Shown piece by piece: positions 39,342 to 49,179 of a stretch of 64,000 nucleotides of DNA. Position 1 is the first letter of the stretch, and each line of letters opens with the position of its first letter. Under the pieces are notes generated by a model, which ran no database searches, was not told the origin of the DNA, and was given only the letters and a program-made list of their open reading frames with translations. The DNA lies in contig CAXXLL010000003.1 in the NCBI GenBank assembly GCA_963662545.2, positions 1,632,001-1,696,000 of the forward strand, written 5' to 3'. This DNA is from Gammaproteobacteria bacterium (GTDB lineage: Bacteria; Pseudomonadota; Gammaproteobacteria; Ga0077536). The position numbers and the translations under genes are program-made.

Positions 39342-40421
39342 TTAGGGCGACTCCGCTCGTATTCGCTTCATTCGTTCGTCGGCGAGGCGTGCCGCGGCCG
39401 AGCCCGGAAAGCGATTTTTCAGATCGGTCAAAACGCCGACCGCCTGCTCGGCCAGCGCGAGTTCGTGATAGCTGTAAGCGATCTTGAGCATCGCGTGCGA
39501 TTGCTTCTTACTGTCAGGGTAACCATTGACCAGTTTCTGATATTGATCGATCGCGGGTTCGAACTGACCCATGACGAAATAAGCTTCACCCAGCCAGTAC
39601 TGCGCGTTATCCGCATACTGGCTGGATGGATACTGCTGCAGGAAATTGTTGAACGACGCGATGGATTCGTCGTACTGTCCCCCTTGCAACATGGTGAAGG
39701 CCGCTCTGTACGCTGCTTCGGACTCCGCGCTATCAACCGTCGGTGTCGGCGGCACGATCGACGGTGTTGGCGCGTTGATGATCGGACTGGTGCTCGCCGG
39801 CGGTTGCGTCGAATCCATCGATGCAATATCAAGAGAAACATCGGCTGTTGCCGCCGCTCCGTCCGGTGGCAGTTCATCCGTATCGCCCGGCGTAACGGTA
39901 CCCGCGTCGGTCAGATCTGCCCCCAACGCAATCGCGGCCGCAGCGGGTGGTCGAATATCGACCGCAATAGCTTGAGCGGAAGGGGTGCCCGCGATAACAA
40001 CACCGGCGGGCGTCGTAAGAGTCGGCAGGGGTGGATCGGTCGCGACGCCGGGACCAGCTGCCACCGTGGCGGCGACCCCACCATTCTCGATCAGCCCCAG
40101 CCGACGGTCGACATCGGCGTAAGCCTCGCGTTGGCTCTTCCGCACCATCTCGAGCGCGAAACTCTGATTTTCCATCTCGCCGCGTAGTTGCCGGAGTTCG
40201 GCTTGCAGTAATTCAAGCTGTTGGAGCAGGTCGACAAGCCCCTCGCTATCGAGCGCGCGCTCCAGGCGCGCCACTCGACCAGCGAGGCTCCCCTCCGTCT
40301 GGCCGGTCACAGTTGCCGGCAGGCACACCAACAGCCCCAGCATCACCGTCAACGAGGCGAGCTTGTGGCGAGGTGTCGACGATTGAGTCGTTCGAAACAT
40401 TCCAAGCATCGCTAAGTTCAC
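39342..40421 (-). CDS. cpoB: Tol-Pal cell division coordinator CpoB/YbgF with a long linker
   Basis: RVARLER coiled coil; TPRs (YPSSQYADNAQYWLGE, AMLKI); downstream of pal. Confidence 0.9.
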   Translation of the reverse strand: MNLAMLGMFRTTQSSTPRHKLASLTVMLGLLVCLPATVTGQTEGSLAGRVARLERALDSEGLVDLLQQLELLQAELRQLRGEMENQSFALEMVRKSQREAYADVDRRLGLIENGGVAATVAAGPGVATDPPLPTLTTPAGVVIAGTPSAQAIAVDIRPPAAAAIALGADLTDAGTVTPGDTDELPPDGAAATADVSLDIASMDSTQPPASTSPIINAPTPSIVPPTPTVDSAESEAAYRAAFTMLQGGQYDESIASFNNFLQQYPSSQYADNAQYWLGEAYFVMGQFEPAIDQYQKLVNGYPDSKKQSHAMLKIAYSYHELALAEQAVGVLTDLKNRFPGSAAARLADERMKRIRAESP

Positions 40422-40430
40422 GGGCCCTGA

Positions 40431-40982
40431 TCAATAGACCAGTTCGACACGGCGGTTCAGCGCATAAGAATCTTCGTCATGTCCGTCGACGATCGGCCGT
40501 TCCTCGCCATAGCTCACCGTCTTGACCTGGCCCGCCGATGCGCCAAGCAACACCAGGTGACGCCGCACCGACAGTCCTCGGCGTTCGCCGAGCGCCAGGT
40601 TGTATTCGCGGGTACCGCGTTCGTCGGCATGCCCTTCGAGGGTCACGGTGGTCGAAGGGTTAGCCGCCAGATACGCGGCATGGGCGGAGATCGTCTCGCT
40701 GGAATCCGCGCGCACGGTACTGCTATCGTAGTCAAAATAGATAACGCGCACCGAAAGCGGGCTGTCAGGGTCGTCAAGCGCGGCCGCTGACATTGTTTCA
40801 TCGTCTTCGAGTCCCTGAGTCCGCGCGCCGGAATCGGCATCCGATTCCGTTCGATCCATACTGCGGTCCTCGACCTTCGCGGGGCTAATTGCTTGCTCCT
40901 TTTTGCCACCGAAGGCACCGCATCCGGCCAGCAGTATCGAGGCCATCAGCACGAACACGAGTTTTAAGACGACCTCTTTCAT
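40431..40982 (-). CDS. pal: Peptidoglycan-associated lipoprotein
   Basis: LAGC lipobox, IYFDYDS, GHADERGTREYNLALGERR. Confidence 0.96.
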   Translation of the reverse strand: MKEVVLKLVFVLMASILLAGCGAFGGKKEQAISPAKVEDRSMDRTESDADSGARTQGLEDDETMSAAALDDPDSPLSVRVIYFDYDSSTVRADSSETISAHAAYLAANPSTTVTLEGHADERGTREYNLALGERRGLSVRRHLVLLGASAGQVKTVSYGEERPIVDGHDEDSYALNRRVELVY

Positions 40983-41046
40983 GTGCTTCTCCTTCTAATA
41001 GTCTTCCGGGTGAGCTTCCAGTCGCCGATCGCATACGGGCGCCGAG

Positions 41047-42372
41047 TTACTTTCTGAACGGACCCCACGCCGGCTCTCTTACTTCGCCAGTTTGCAAAGC
41101 CAGCCGTTGCTTCAAGCGCCCATCGATTGATATCGCCGCTAGTTCCGTGCCGTGCGGACCCATTGTCGCATAAATTATTATACGGCCGTTGGGCGCAAAG
41201 CTCGGGGATTCATCCAAACGGGCGCTCGTCAGAATTTCGAAAATTCCTTTTTCCAACTCGAGTATCGCGATGTGAAATCCGCGTTCACCGCCGTGTACCA
41301 CCGCGAGCTTTTTACCGTCGGGTGAATGCCTGGCTCGGGCGTTATAGGAACCCATGTTGAAGGTTACCCGCTGCGGCGCCCGGCCGTCGAAAAAGAGTCG
41401 ATAGATCTGCGGGCCACCACCGCGGTCGGACGTGAAAACGATGCTTCGGCCGTCGGGCGCCCAATTAGCTTCGGTGTCAATGGCGGGATGTCTGGTCAAC
41501 CGCGTTAACTTTGTAGTTTTCAGATGATAAAGATAAATCTCGGGGTCGCCGTCGCGCGAAAGAGTCACCGCCAGCCGTTCGCCATCGGGTGCGAAGGATG
41601 GCGCGCTGTTGATGCCGTCACCCGATATGATCTTCTTCCTGCGGCCCGTTCTGATGTCCTGCAGGTAAATGGCCGAATTTTTGTCTTCGAAAGAAACGTA
41701 GGCGAGCTGCGAGCCGTCCGGTGACCAGGCCGGAGACAGCAAGGGCTGGGAGGATTCCAGAATGGTATGGGGGTCAAAGCCGTCGGCATCGGCGACCTGC
41801 AAACGAAATATCGATTGATCTTTGGATGCCCGTTCGACCGTCACGTAGGCGATGCGGGTAGCGAATGCGCCTTTACTGTTCGTCAATTTCTCGTAAATGA
41901 GATCGCTCACGTGGTGCGCCGTCAAGCGCATGTTGTCCGCGGACGTCGGGATCCGGTATCCAAGAAGTTGTTTGCCTCTGTAAATGTCTATAACGCGAAA
42001 CTCCACGACGAATCCGCCTTCGGGCGAGCGCAAGATTTTTCCAATGACGAGATTCTCCATGCCAAGCAGCCGCCAATCCTTGAAATTGATCGCGGAAAAA
42101 CTCGCTGGCCGGGAAGGTAAATCTGTCTTCGGCATGGGCGCGAACTGACCGCTGCGCGCGAGATCCGAACTGATGACTGCCGATACATCCGTGCTGCCGC
42201 TCATGTCCCCGATCGTGGCGAAAGGGATTACCGCGATCGGTAATGCCGATTCGATGCCCCGATCGATGTGAATGATCAATTCTCCATCTGCCGCTCCGCA
42301 GTCGGCTACCAACGCGACGGCTAGCAGCACGCAGTAGGTGATGCGCCAACTAAATCTGTGGATCAAACACAA
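41047..42372 (-). CDS. tolB: Tol-Pal beta-propeller protein TolB
   Basis: GAFATRIAYV, SPAWSPDG, FTSDRGG.PQIY, ESPSFAPNG. Confidence 0.95.
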   Translation of the reverse strand: MCLIHRFSWRITYCVLLAVALVADCGAADGELIIHIDRGIESALPIAVIPFATIGDMSGSTDVSAVISSDLARSGQFAPMPKTDLPSRPASFSAINFKDWRLLGMENLVIGKILRSPEGGFVVEFRVIDIYRGKQLLGYRIPTSADNMRLTAHHVSDLIYEKLTNSKGAFATRIAYVTVERASKDQSIFRLQVADADGFDPHTILESSQPLLSPAWSPDGSQLAYVSFEDKNSAIYLQDIRTGRRKKIISGDGINSAPSFAPDGERLAVTLSRDGDPEIYLYHLKTTKLTRLTRHPAIDTEANWAPDGRSIVFTSDRGGGPQIYRLFFDGRAPQRVTFNMGSYNARARHSPDGKKLAVVHGGERGFHIAILELEKGIFEILTSARLDESPSFAPNGRIIIYATMGPHGTELAAISIDGRLKQRLALQTGEVREPAWGPFRK

Positions 42373-43180
42373 AGGAAATGCTCCTCATTTTCTTGAATAG
42401 CCTCGGATCCGCAGGTACGGGTAAAGGCGCCGATTTTCGCACCGCGTTTTCCGCCTGTCGGTCAAACGTGGCATTGCCGCTGGACTTCATCACCTGTACC
42501 TGTGACACCTCGCCACCCGGTATCAAGGTGATGCGGAGCGTACATGACAAGCCGTCCAGACCCGGCAGGATTGTGAACGATTGTCGTACGCGGTTCTGTA
42601 TGGCGGCGACATAGCGGTCGATCTCCGATTTTTCAGCAGCGGCCTGGTGTGCCGCTTCCTCGATGGCAAGATCATCCTCCAAAGCCCGTTCAATTCGCTT
42701 GCGTTGCGCTGCGGCAACCTCCGCCTCACGTTTTTTACGGTCGGCGTCTTCACGCTGATCTTTTTCTTTCGCCAGACGCTTGAAGTCGGCTTCACGCTTT
42801 TTATCCGCCTCGGCTGCCCGTTTTCGCGCCAGTTCATCCTTTTTCTTGAGACGCGCTCGCTCAGCTTTGAGTTCTTTTAGCCGTTTTTCTTCGGCTTTGC
42901 GCTTTTTCTCGGCTTGCGCCGCCTTGCGCTCGGCTTCGTTGGTCTTCTGCTCCCGTTCGAGCCTGGCTTTTTCCTCAGCTGCCTTGAGGCGTTTGACTTC
43001 CTCTATTACGGCATGATTGTCGACCACGACCGCCTGTACGATTTTCTTGCGGCTGCCGCCAGCACGAACCTCGTGCGGCGCGAAATCGACGCTCACCACC
43101 AACAGCACCACGAGCGCGACATGCAGAAGAACTGAAAGTGTAATAGTCCTTTTGGAATACATTCGCCCGACGATTCTCAA
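42350..43180 (-). CDS. tolA: TolA
   Basis: TM with SVLLH motif, Lys/Ala/Glu-rich helix, SSGNATFD C-domain. Confidence 0.9.
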   Translation of the reverse strand: MRIVGRMYSKRTITLSVLLHVALVVLLVVSVDFAPHEVRAGGSRKKIVQAVVVDNHAVIEEVKRLKAAEEKARLEREQKTNEAERKAAQAEKKRKAEEKRLKELKAERARLKKKDELARKRAAEADKKREADFKRLAKEKDQREDADRKKREAEVAAAQRKRIERALEDDLAIEEAAHQAAAEKSEIDRYVAAIQNRVRQSFTILPGLDGLSCTLRITLIPGGEVSQVQVMKSSGNATFDRQAENAVRKSAPLPVPADPRLFKKMRSISFVFDPQI

Positions 43181-43194
43181 ATATCGGCGTCGCG

Positions 43195-43620
43195 CTACCG
43201 TTGCAGAGGCTGCGTTATCAGGCCGACGGAAACGACCCCTGCCTGTTGTAAGAGGGTCATGACTCGTATTACCCGCCCGTAATCGACCGCTCGATCACCC
43301 TCCACGAAAACCTCAATCTGCGGGCGATACTTCTTGAGCGCGGCGATGCGCGTAACGAGCACCTCTTCAGTCACGGCGTCCTCGGGATTTTCACCGAAAT
43401 CGATGAACACACTGCCGGCGGAATCGACTGACACGATCACCGGTTCATTCTCGCTCGGCGGAAGCACCTCGGAGGGCGCCTGCGGCAGATCAATTTTGAC
43501 GCCCTGTGTGATGAGCGGTGCCGTGATCATGAAAATGATCAGCAACACGAGTAGGACGTCGAGATAGGGAACCATGTTGATTTCCGACATCAAACGCCGA
43601 CGTTCATTTGAAGGTCGCAT
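43195..43620 (-). CDS. tolR: TolR
   Basis: EINMVPYLDVLLVLLIIFMITAP. Confidence 0.94.
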   Translation of the reverse strand: MRPSNERRRLMSEINMVPYLDVLLVLLIIFMITAPLITQGVKIDLPQAPSEVLPPSENEPVIVSVDSAGSVFIDFGENPEDAVTEEVLVTRIAALKKYRPQIEVFVEGDRAVDYGRVIRVMTLLQQAGVVSVGLITQPLQR

Positions 43621-43671
43621 GCAGTGGAGCTCCTGACAGGTCGTTGATTAAATGAATGACTCAACCGGTGA

Positions 43672-44346
43672 TTAATCGTGTACCTGACGTCTCAGGATCG
43701 AAAGAAATTCTTCGTGAAAAATGTCGTATCGTCCGAATACCCGATCGATATCGCTGGAATAGAGGTTGTAGGCAACGACGGCGGGAATGGCCGCAAACAA
43801 CCCCATTGCGGTGGCTACCAGCGCTTCTGATATTCCCGGTGCGACCATGGCGAGCGTCGCCTGATGGACGTTGCCGAGCGCCTGAAACGAATTCATGATC
43901 CCCCATACCGTCCCAAATAGACCGATGTAGGGACTGACCGAACCCACGGTCGCAAGCGTCGGAAGATTCGCTTCCAGCATCTCTAGTTCGCGACTGACGG
44001 CGACCTTCATGGCGCGCTGCGCGCCATCCAGGATGTCCGTCGCATCCATGCCGCCGCGCTTGCGCAGCCGCGCGAATTCTCGAAATCCGGCCTCGAATAT
44101 GCGCTCCATACCGGTCTTCTCGTGCTCTTGTGCTGAAACTCGATTGAAGAGCGCCGTTAAATCCTCGGTCGACCAGAATTCGTCCTCGAATTCCTTGACG
44201 TCACGCTTGGCTTTGAGCATCTGGCGCCGCTTCGCGAAAATCAGGGCCCAGGAGGCGATGGACGCGATCAAAAGAACCAGCATGACGAATTTGACGAGCA
44301 GGCTCGCCCCCAGGATCAGGCTCGCGATGGACAAATCAGTTTGCAC
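43672..44346 (-). CDS. tolQ: TolQ
   Basis: SPYIGLFGTVWGIM, VAPGISEALVATAMGLFAAIPAV. Confidence 0.96.
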   Translation of the reverse strand: MQTDLSIASLILGASLLVKFVMLVLLIASIASWALIFAKRRQMLKAKRDVKEFEDEFWSTEDLTALFNRVSAQEHEKTGMERIFEAGFREFARLRKRGGMDATDILDGAQRAMKVAVSRELEMLEANLPTLATVGSVSPYIGLFGTVWGIMNSFQALGNVHQATLAMVAPGISEALVATAMGLFAAIPAVVAYNLYSSDIDRVFGRYDIFHEEFLSILRRQVHD

Positions 44347-44749
44347 TTTGAAATACCCTCAACATCTGCCCCGGAATTCGTCGTGGTTTGAACGAGCTTG
44401 CATCGACGCAGGCAACGCGGTTGCTGGCCGTGCAAACGCACCGGTGTTCGCAGTCCTCGATGATTTGCTCGAACTCCAGGCTTGCTCCGCGCAATCTTTC
44501 GAGTCCTGTTGTTACCGTGAGTTCCTCGTTGAACCGTGCCGCCCGGACGTATTTCACATCGGTTTGATTGACGACGAACACGATATTGAAATCGTTGAGC
44601 AAGGCATCCTGCTCAAATCCCAACGCACGCAGCCACTCGGTCCGCGCGCGCTCCATGAAGCGAAGATAGTTCGCGTGATAAACGATTCCCGCTGCATCGG
44701 TATCCTCGTAATAGACGCGCACCGGCCACACGAAGCGATCGCTTATCAT
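44336..44749 (-). CDS. ybgC: Tol-pal-associated acyl-CoA thioesterase
   Basis: VRVYYEDTDAAGIVYHANYLRFMERARTE. Confidence 0.93.
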   Translation of the reverse strand: MISDRFVWPVRVYYEDTDAAGIVYHANYLRFMERARTEWLRALGFEQDALLNDFNIVFVVNQTDVKYVRAARFNEELTVTTGLERLRGASLEFEQIIEDCEHRCVCTASNRVACVDASSFKPRRIPGQMLRVFQSAN

Positions 44750-44774
44750 CGATTCCAGTCGCAGGTATGCGCCT

Positions 44775-45818
44775 TCACTCGCCCTGCGGAAACAAGTCAT
44801 CGGCCTGGCGCATTGATTCGGGCATCGTCAACCCGAAATGGTGCCAGGCCGTTTTAGTTGCTGTGCGCCCTCTCGGCGTGCGCATCAAGAAACCCTGTTG
44901 AATCAAATACGGTTCGATCACATCTTCGATCGTGCCCCGCTCCTCGCCGAGCGCCGCTGCCAGATTGTCGATCCCGACCGGCCCGCCGTCGAATTTCTGC
45001 ATGATCGCCAGCAACAGTTTGCGATCCATCACATCGAAACCGTGCTGATCCACATTCAACAAGTCCAGTGCACGCGTTGCCACTTTCGCGCTCAAGACGC
45101 CGTCGGCCTTGATTTCTGCGTAATCACGGGACCGCCTGAGCAAGCGGTTGGCTATCCGCGGCGTGCCGCGCGAGCGTTCCGCGATCGTCTGCGTTCCTTC
45201 GTCGTCGATAGCCACGCCGAGAATGTCCGCGGCGCGCCGCACGATGCGCGCCAGCTCCGCAGCGGAATAAAATTCCAGTCGCTGCACGATACCGAAACGG
45301 TCGCGCAGCGGCGAGGTCAATAAACCGGCGCGCGTGGTCGCCCCGATCAACGTGAACTTCGGCAGATCGAGCTTGATCGCACGGGCGGCCGGCCCCTCCC
45401 CGATCATGATGTCCAGTTGGTAGTCCTCCAACGCGGGATAGAGGGTTTCCTCGACTACCGGGCTCAACCGGTGAATTTCATCAATGAACAGGACGTCTCG
45501 CGGCTCGAGGTTGGTGAGCAAGGCCGCGAGATCACCCGGCTTTTCGAGTACCGGTCCCGAGGTCTGTCGCAGGTTGACCTTCATCTCGTTCGCCACGATG
45601 TGGGCGAGTGTGGTTTTGCCGAGGCCCGGCGGGCCGAAGATCAACACGTGGTCGAGCGCTTCACCGCGCTTAACCGCCGCGCCTATGAAGATCTCCATTT
45701 GCTCGTGCACGGCCGGCTGGCCGATGAAATCCACCAGCAGCCGAGGTCGGATGGAATCGTCGGCAGCGGAATCTTCGTTCGTTGCTTCGGCGGTAATGAG
45801 GCGATCGGGATCGGACAT
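44775..45818 (-). CDS. ruvB: Holliday junction branch migration helicase RuvB
   Basis: [32 protein letters not shown]. Confidence 0.97.
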   Translation of the reverse strand: MSDPDRLITAEATNEDSAADDSIRPRLLVDFIGQPAVHEQMEIFIGAAVKRGEALDHVLIFGPPGLGKTTLAHIVANEMKVNLRQTSGPVLEKPGDLAALLTNLEPRDVLFIDEIHRLSPVVEETLYPALEDYQLDIMIGEGPAARAIKLDLPKFTLIGATTRAGLLTSPLRDRFGIVQRLEFYSAAELARIVRRAADILGVAIDDEGTQTIAERSRGTPRIANRLLRRSRDYAEIKADGVLSAKVATRALDLLNVDQHGFDVMDRKLLLAIMQKFDGGPVGIDNLAAALGEERGTIEDVIEPYLIQQGFLMRTPRGRTATKTAWHHFGLTMPESMRQADDLFPQGE

Positions 45819-45891
45819 GTTTTTACTGCTGTGGTGCGGTCTAACCAATTTAAGGATCCGGTTCGCGAATCCGGGTTGAACGGGCTGCTAG

Positions 45892-46051
45892 CAGCCTGTC
45901 GGACTTAGGAAGAATTGACTTGGGCGTTGGGATAGGGGTCCAGATGTGCCATGGTTTTCGTTAAATAGCCCCACTATTCGCCTCAAACCATGACACATCT
46001 GGACTCGCTCTCCCAACCGCCTCGCTACGATTCCCTAAGTCCGACAGGCTG
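45892..46051. mobile_element. MITE family D (160 bp, CTAG-flanked, almost fully palindromic) between ruvA and ruvB
   Basis: CTAG-CAGCCTGTCGGACTTAGG...CCTAAGTCCGACAGGCTG-CTAG; inner arms GTCCAGATGTGCCATGGTTT / AAACCATGACACATCTGGAC. Confidence 0.88.
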
Positions 46052-46645
46052 CTAGCCGGCCAGGTTTTTCAGTACCTCGCGGATGATGTCTTCGCTTTTC
46101 ATGTTCCCGACGTCCAACGCATGGACGAATTTACTTGCTTCGGCCGGTTTGTAACCTAGCGCTATGAGTCCGCTGATCGCGTCGTTGACGGGCTTATCCC
46201 AGCCCGGTTCCCGTGGTGTCTGCCGGACTTCGTCAGATCTCAGGTCATCGACGCGGTCGCGCATTTCGACAATGAGGCGCTCTGCGGTCTTCTTCCCCAC
46301 GCCGGGCAGAGCCGTCAGTCTTGCCGTATCCCCGGCATGGACGCACTCGGCGAAGGCATTGGCGTCCATACCCGAAAGGATTACCAGCGCCATCTTGGTG
46401 CCGACGCCGTTGACTTTCAGCAGGCTTCGAAACAGTCGCCGTTCGCCCTCCGTCGAGAATCCATAGAGCAGATGCGCGTCGTCGCGCACCGCGAGGTGGG
46501 TATAAAGAGAGACCTGCTGGTTGATGTCGGGAAGCGCCCAGATCGTCGTCATCGGGGCTTCGATTTCATATCCCACGCCGTTGCAGTCGATGATGATCTG
46601 CGGTGGCCGCTTCTCAATGAGCAACCCCGAAATGCGACCGATCAC
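46052..46645 (-). CDS. ruvA: Holliday junction DNA-binding protein RuvA
   Basis: GVGYE, LYGF, GVGKKTAERL; GTG start overlaps the ruvC stop. Confidence 0.95.
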   Translation of the reverse strand: MIGRISGLLIEKRPPQIIIDCNGVGYEIEAPMTTIWALPDINQQVSLYTHLAVRDDAHLLYGFSTEGERRLFRSLLKVNGVGTKMALVILSGMDANAFAECVHAGDTARLTALPGVGKKTAERLIVEMRDRVDDLRSDEVRQTPREPGWDKPVNDAISGLIALGYKPAEASKFVHALDVGNMKSEDIIREVLKNLAG

Positions 46646-47145
46646 GCGCGGGCTCCCGCCATCGCGAGCCGGGCCAGACCGTCCCGCATATGCCCGTGGC
46701 ATATCGCCGCGGCGAGGGCATCGGCCGCGTCCGGTTTCGGCGTATCGTCGAGCCCGAGGAGCGCTGTGACCATATGCTGAACCTGGGCCTTGTCCGCGTG
46801 CCCGCGTCCGACGACAGTTTGCTTGATCTGGGTGGCCGAATACTCGCTTATCGCAAGCCCGGCCCTACCCGCAGCGACGATCGCAACGCCGCGGGCATGG
46901 CCGAGTTTGAGCGCCGAATCGGCGTTTCGATTCATGAACACCTTCTCGACGGCAGCCTCCACGGGACTGTATAGGTCAATGATGCGTGATAGTTCATCGA
47001 ACAATAAGGACAATCGATCAGCGAGGGCACCGTTACCGAGACGAATTGAGCCGCAGGCGAGGTAAGACACGCGGTGACGTTCGGTCCGCACGACACCATA
47101 TCCAGTCACCCTGGATCCCGGATCGATACCTAAGATGATCGTCAA
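46642..47145 (-). CDS. ruvC: Crossover junction endodeoxyribonuclease RuvC
   Basis: ILGIDPGSRVTGYG, ALKLGHARG, DAADALA. Confidence 0.96.
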   Translation of the reverse strand: MTIILGIDPGSRVTGYGVVRTERHRVSYLACGSIRLGNGALADRLSLLFDELSRIIDLYSPVEAAVEKVFMNRNADSALKLGHARGVAIVAAGRAGLAISEYSATQIKQTVVGRGHADKAQVQHMVTALLGLDDTPKPDAADALAAAICHGHMRDGLARLAMAGARA

Positions 47146-47163
47146 TTGCCGGCGGGCACGAAC

Positions 47164-47913
47164 TCAGGCGTCGAGTGACGCGAGAATTTCGTCAGAGATG
47201 CCAGCATTAGAATACACTTTCTGCACGTCGTCCAGATCCTCCAGCATGTCGAGTAATCGAATCATTTTCTGGGCGCCGTCGTTATCGAGATCGTTATTGT
47301 TATCCGCGCGCATGGTCACTTCCGCGCTTTCCGGTCGGAGACCGCGATCGACCATTGCGTCCCTCACCTCGGAGAACTGGTCGGCATCGGTCAGTACATC
47401 GATCGATCGATCGTCGTTGACGACGACGTCTTCGGCCCCGGCCTCGACCGCGGCCTCCATGATGGCGTCGACGCCGACGTCGCTCGAGTAACTCAATAAA
47501 CCCACCTTATTGAACATGTACGCGACCGACCCGCCCGCCCCCAGATTTCCGCCGCACTTGGTGAAAGCATGGCGCACTTCCGCAACGGTGCGATTTCGAT
47601 TCTCGGTCATGCAGTCGACCATCACCGCTACACCACCGGGACCGTAGCCCTCATAGCGGAACTCTTCGAAGTTTTCGCCTTCGGCAGCGCCGGCGCCGCG
47701 CGCAATGGCTCGTTCAACAGTGTCCTTGGGCATGTTGTTGCCGAGCGCATTATCGAGGGCGGTGCGCAGCCTCGGGTTAGCCAACGCGTCACCGCCGCCG
47801 ATCCGCGCCGCGACGGTAATTTCTCGGATCAGGCGGGTAAAAAGCTTACCGCGTTTGGCGTCCTGGCGGCCTTTACGATGACGGATATTGGCCCATTTAC
47901 TGTGTCCAGCCAT
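47164..47913 (-). CDS. yebC: YebC/PmpR family protein
   Basis: [26 protein letters not shown]. Confidence 0.95.
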   Translation of the reverse strand: MAGHSKWANIRHRKGRQDAKRGKLFTRLIREITVAARIGGGDALANPRLRTALDNALGNNMPKDTVERAIARGAGAAEGENFEEFRYEGYGPGGVAVMVDCMTENRNRTVAEVRHAFTKCGGNLGAGGSVAYMFNKVGLLSYSSDVGVDAIMEAAVEAGAEDVVVNDDRSIDVLTDADQFSEVRDAMVDRGLRPESAEVTMRADNNNDLDNDGAQKMIRLLDMLEDLDDVQKVYSNAGISDEILASLDA

Positions 47914-48010
47914 AGACGGGTCTTGGGTATCCAGTTCGATCAATAAACCGGGGACTATTGTCGCAAATCGGAGGGCGACTTGCAGCGTCGCGTCGCGACG
48001 GGACGGAATC

Positions 48011-49090
48011 TCAGGCGTCGTTGTTGCCGTACACCAGCCGTTTTCGCGATTCTGCGAAATCCAGCAGGCGCTTTATAGGTCGACGTGCGCGATCGGCAAG
48101 CTCGTCGGGCACCGTGATTTCGTTCGCACCTCTCGCCAGCGCGTCGCGAAGCTTGGTCAATCCATTCATCGCCATCCACGGACATTCTGCACAGCTGCGG
48201 CAGGTCGCCCCGTGACCTGCGGTCGGTGCATCGATCAGGTGCTTGTCCGGAGCCGCCTGTTGCATCTTGTAGAAAATTCCCTTGTCCGTGGCGATGATGA
48301 ACTCCGGCGCCGTGGATGTACGCACCTCGTTGATCAACCCGGAAGTCGATCCGACGTAATCCGCCTGTTCAATCACCGAGGGCGGCGACTCCGGATGAAC
48401 GAGAACGCGTGCGCGCGGGTGTTCACTGCGCAGGCCCTCGAGTTCGTGGCCCTTGAATTCCTCGTGAACGATGCATGACCCGTTCCATAGAAGCATATCG
48501 ACGCCCGTTTGCGTACGGATGTAATCGCCGAGGAAGCGGTCGGGTGCCCAGAGTATTTTTTCGCCCTTCGCGGCGAGATGTCGCACCACATCGAGCGCGA
48601 TGCCCGAGGTGACCATCCAGTCGGCCCGCGCCTTCACCGCGGCACTGGTATTGGCGTACACGACGACGGTGCGATCGGGGTGTTCTTCGCAGAAGGCATC
48701 GAAGGCATCGGCGGGGCAACCGAGGTCGAGCGAACAGTTGGCCTCGAGATCGGGCATCAGGACGCGCTTTTCCGGGTTCAGGATCTTCGCAGTCTCACCC
48801 ATGAACCGAACGCCGGCGACGATTAATGTCTGCGCCGCATGGTGATTGCCGAAGTGCGCCATATCGAGGGAATCGGAGACGTGGCCGCCCGTATCGTCGG
48901 CCAGAGCCTGTATTTCAGGATCGGTGTAGTAATGCGCGACGATCACAGCGTCTTCGCGTTTGAGCAGCCGCTTGATCTCGCTGATGACGACCGCGCGTTC
49001 GCTCGCTTCGAGATGCTCCCGGATGACTGGCGGGACCCGCGTCAGCTTGATCGGGCTCGCGCCAAGGTTTTCGATGGAATCACTGCGCAT
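48011..49090 (-). CDS. nadA: Quinolinate synthase
   Basis: [38 protein letters not shown]; start uncertain (49090 or 49141). Confidence 0.95.
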   Translation of the reverse strand: MRSDSIENLGASPIKLTRVPPVIREHLEASERAVVISEIKRLLKREDAVIVAHYYTDPEIQALADDTGGHVSDSLDMAHFGNHHAAQTLIVAGVRFMGETAKILNPEKRVLMPDLEANCSLDLGCPADAFDAFCEEHPDRTVVVYANTSAAVKARADWMVTSGIALDVVRHLAAKGEKILWAPDRFLGDYIRTQTGVDMLLWNGSCIVHEEFKGHELEGLRSEHPRARVLVHPESPPSVIEQADYVGSTSGLINEVRTSTAPEFIIATDKGIFYKMQQAAPDKHLIDAPTAGHGATCRSCAECPWMAMNGLTKLRDALARGANEITVPDELADRARRPIKRLLDFAESRKRLVYGNNDA

Positions 49091-49179
49091 GCTCGTTAAT
49101 CTTTCCGGCTTAGCCCTATCGTGGGCTTGCAAGGGCGTCACGTCCAGGGTGATTTCTTACGCCAGACGATGCGCCCGCC

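Noticed and set aside
39160-39345. preQ1 riboswitch upstream of queE
   Set aside because: The interval is fully occupied by a family A MITE; no preQ1 consensus seen.
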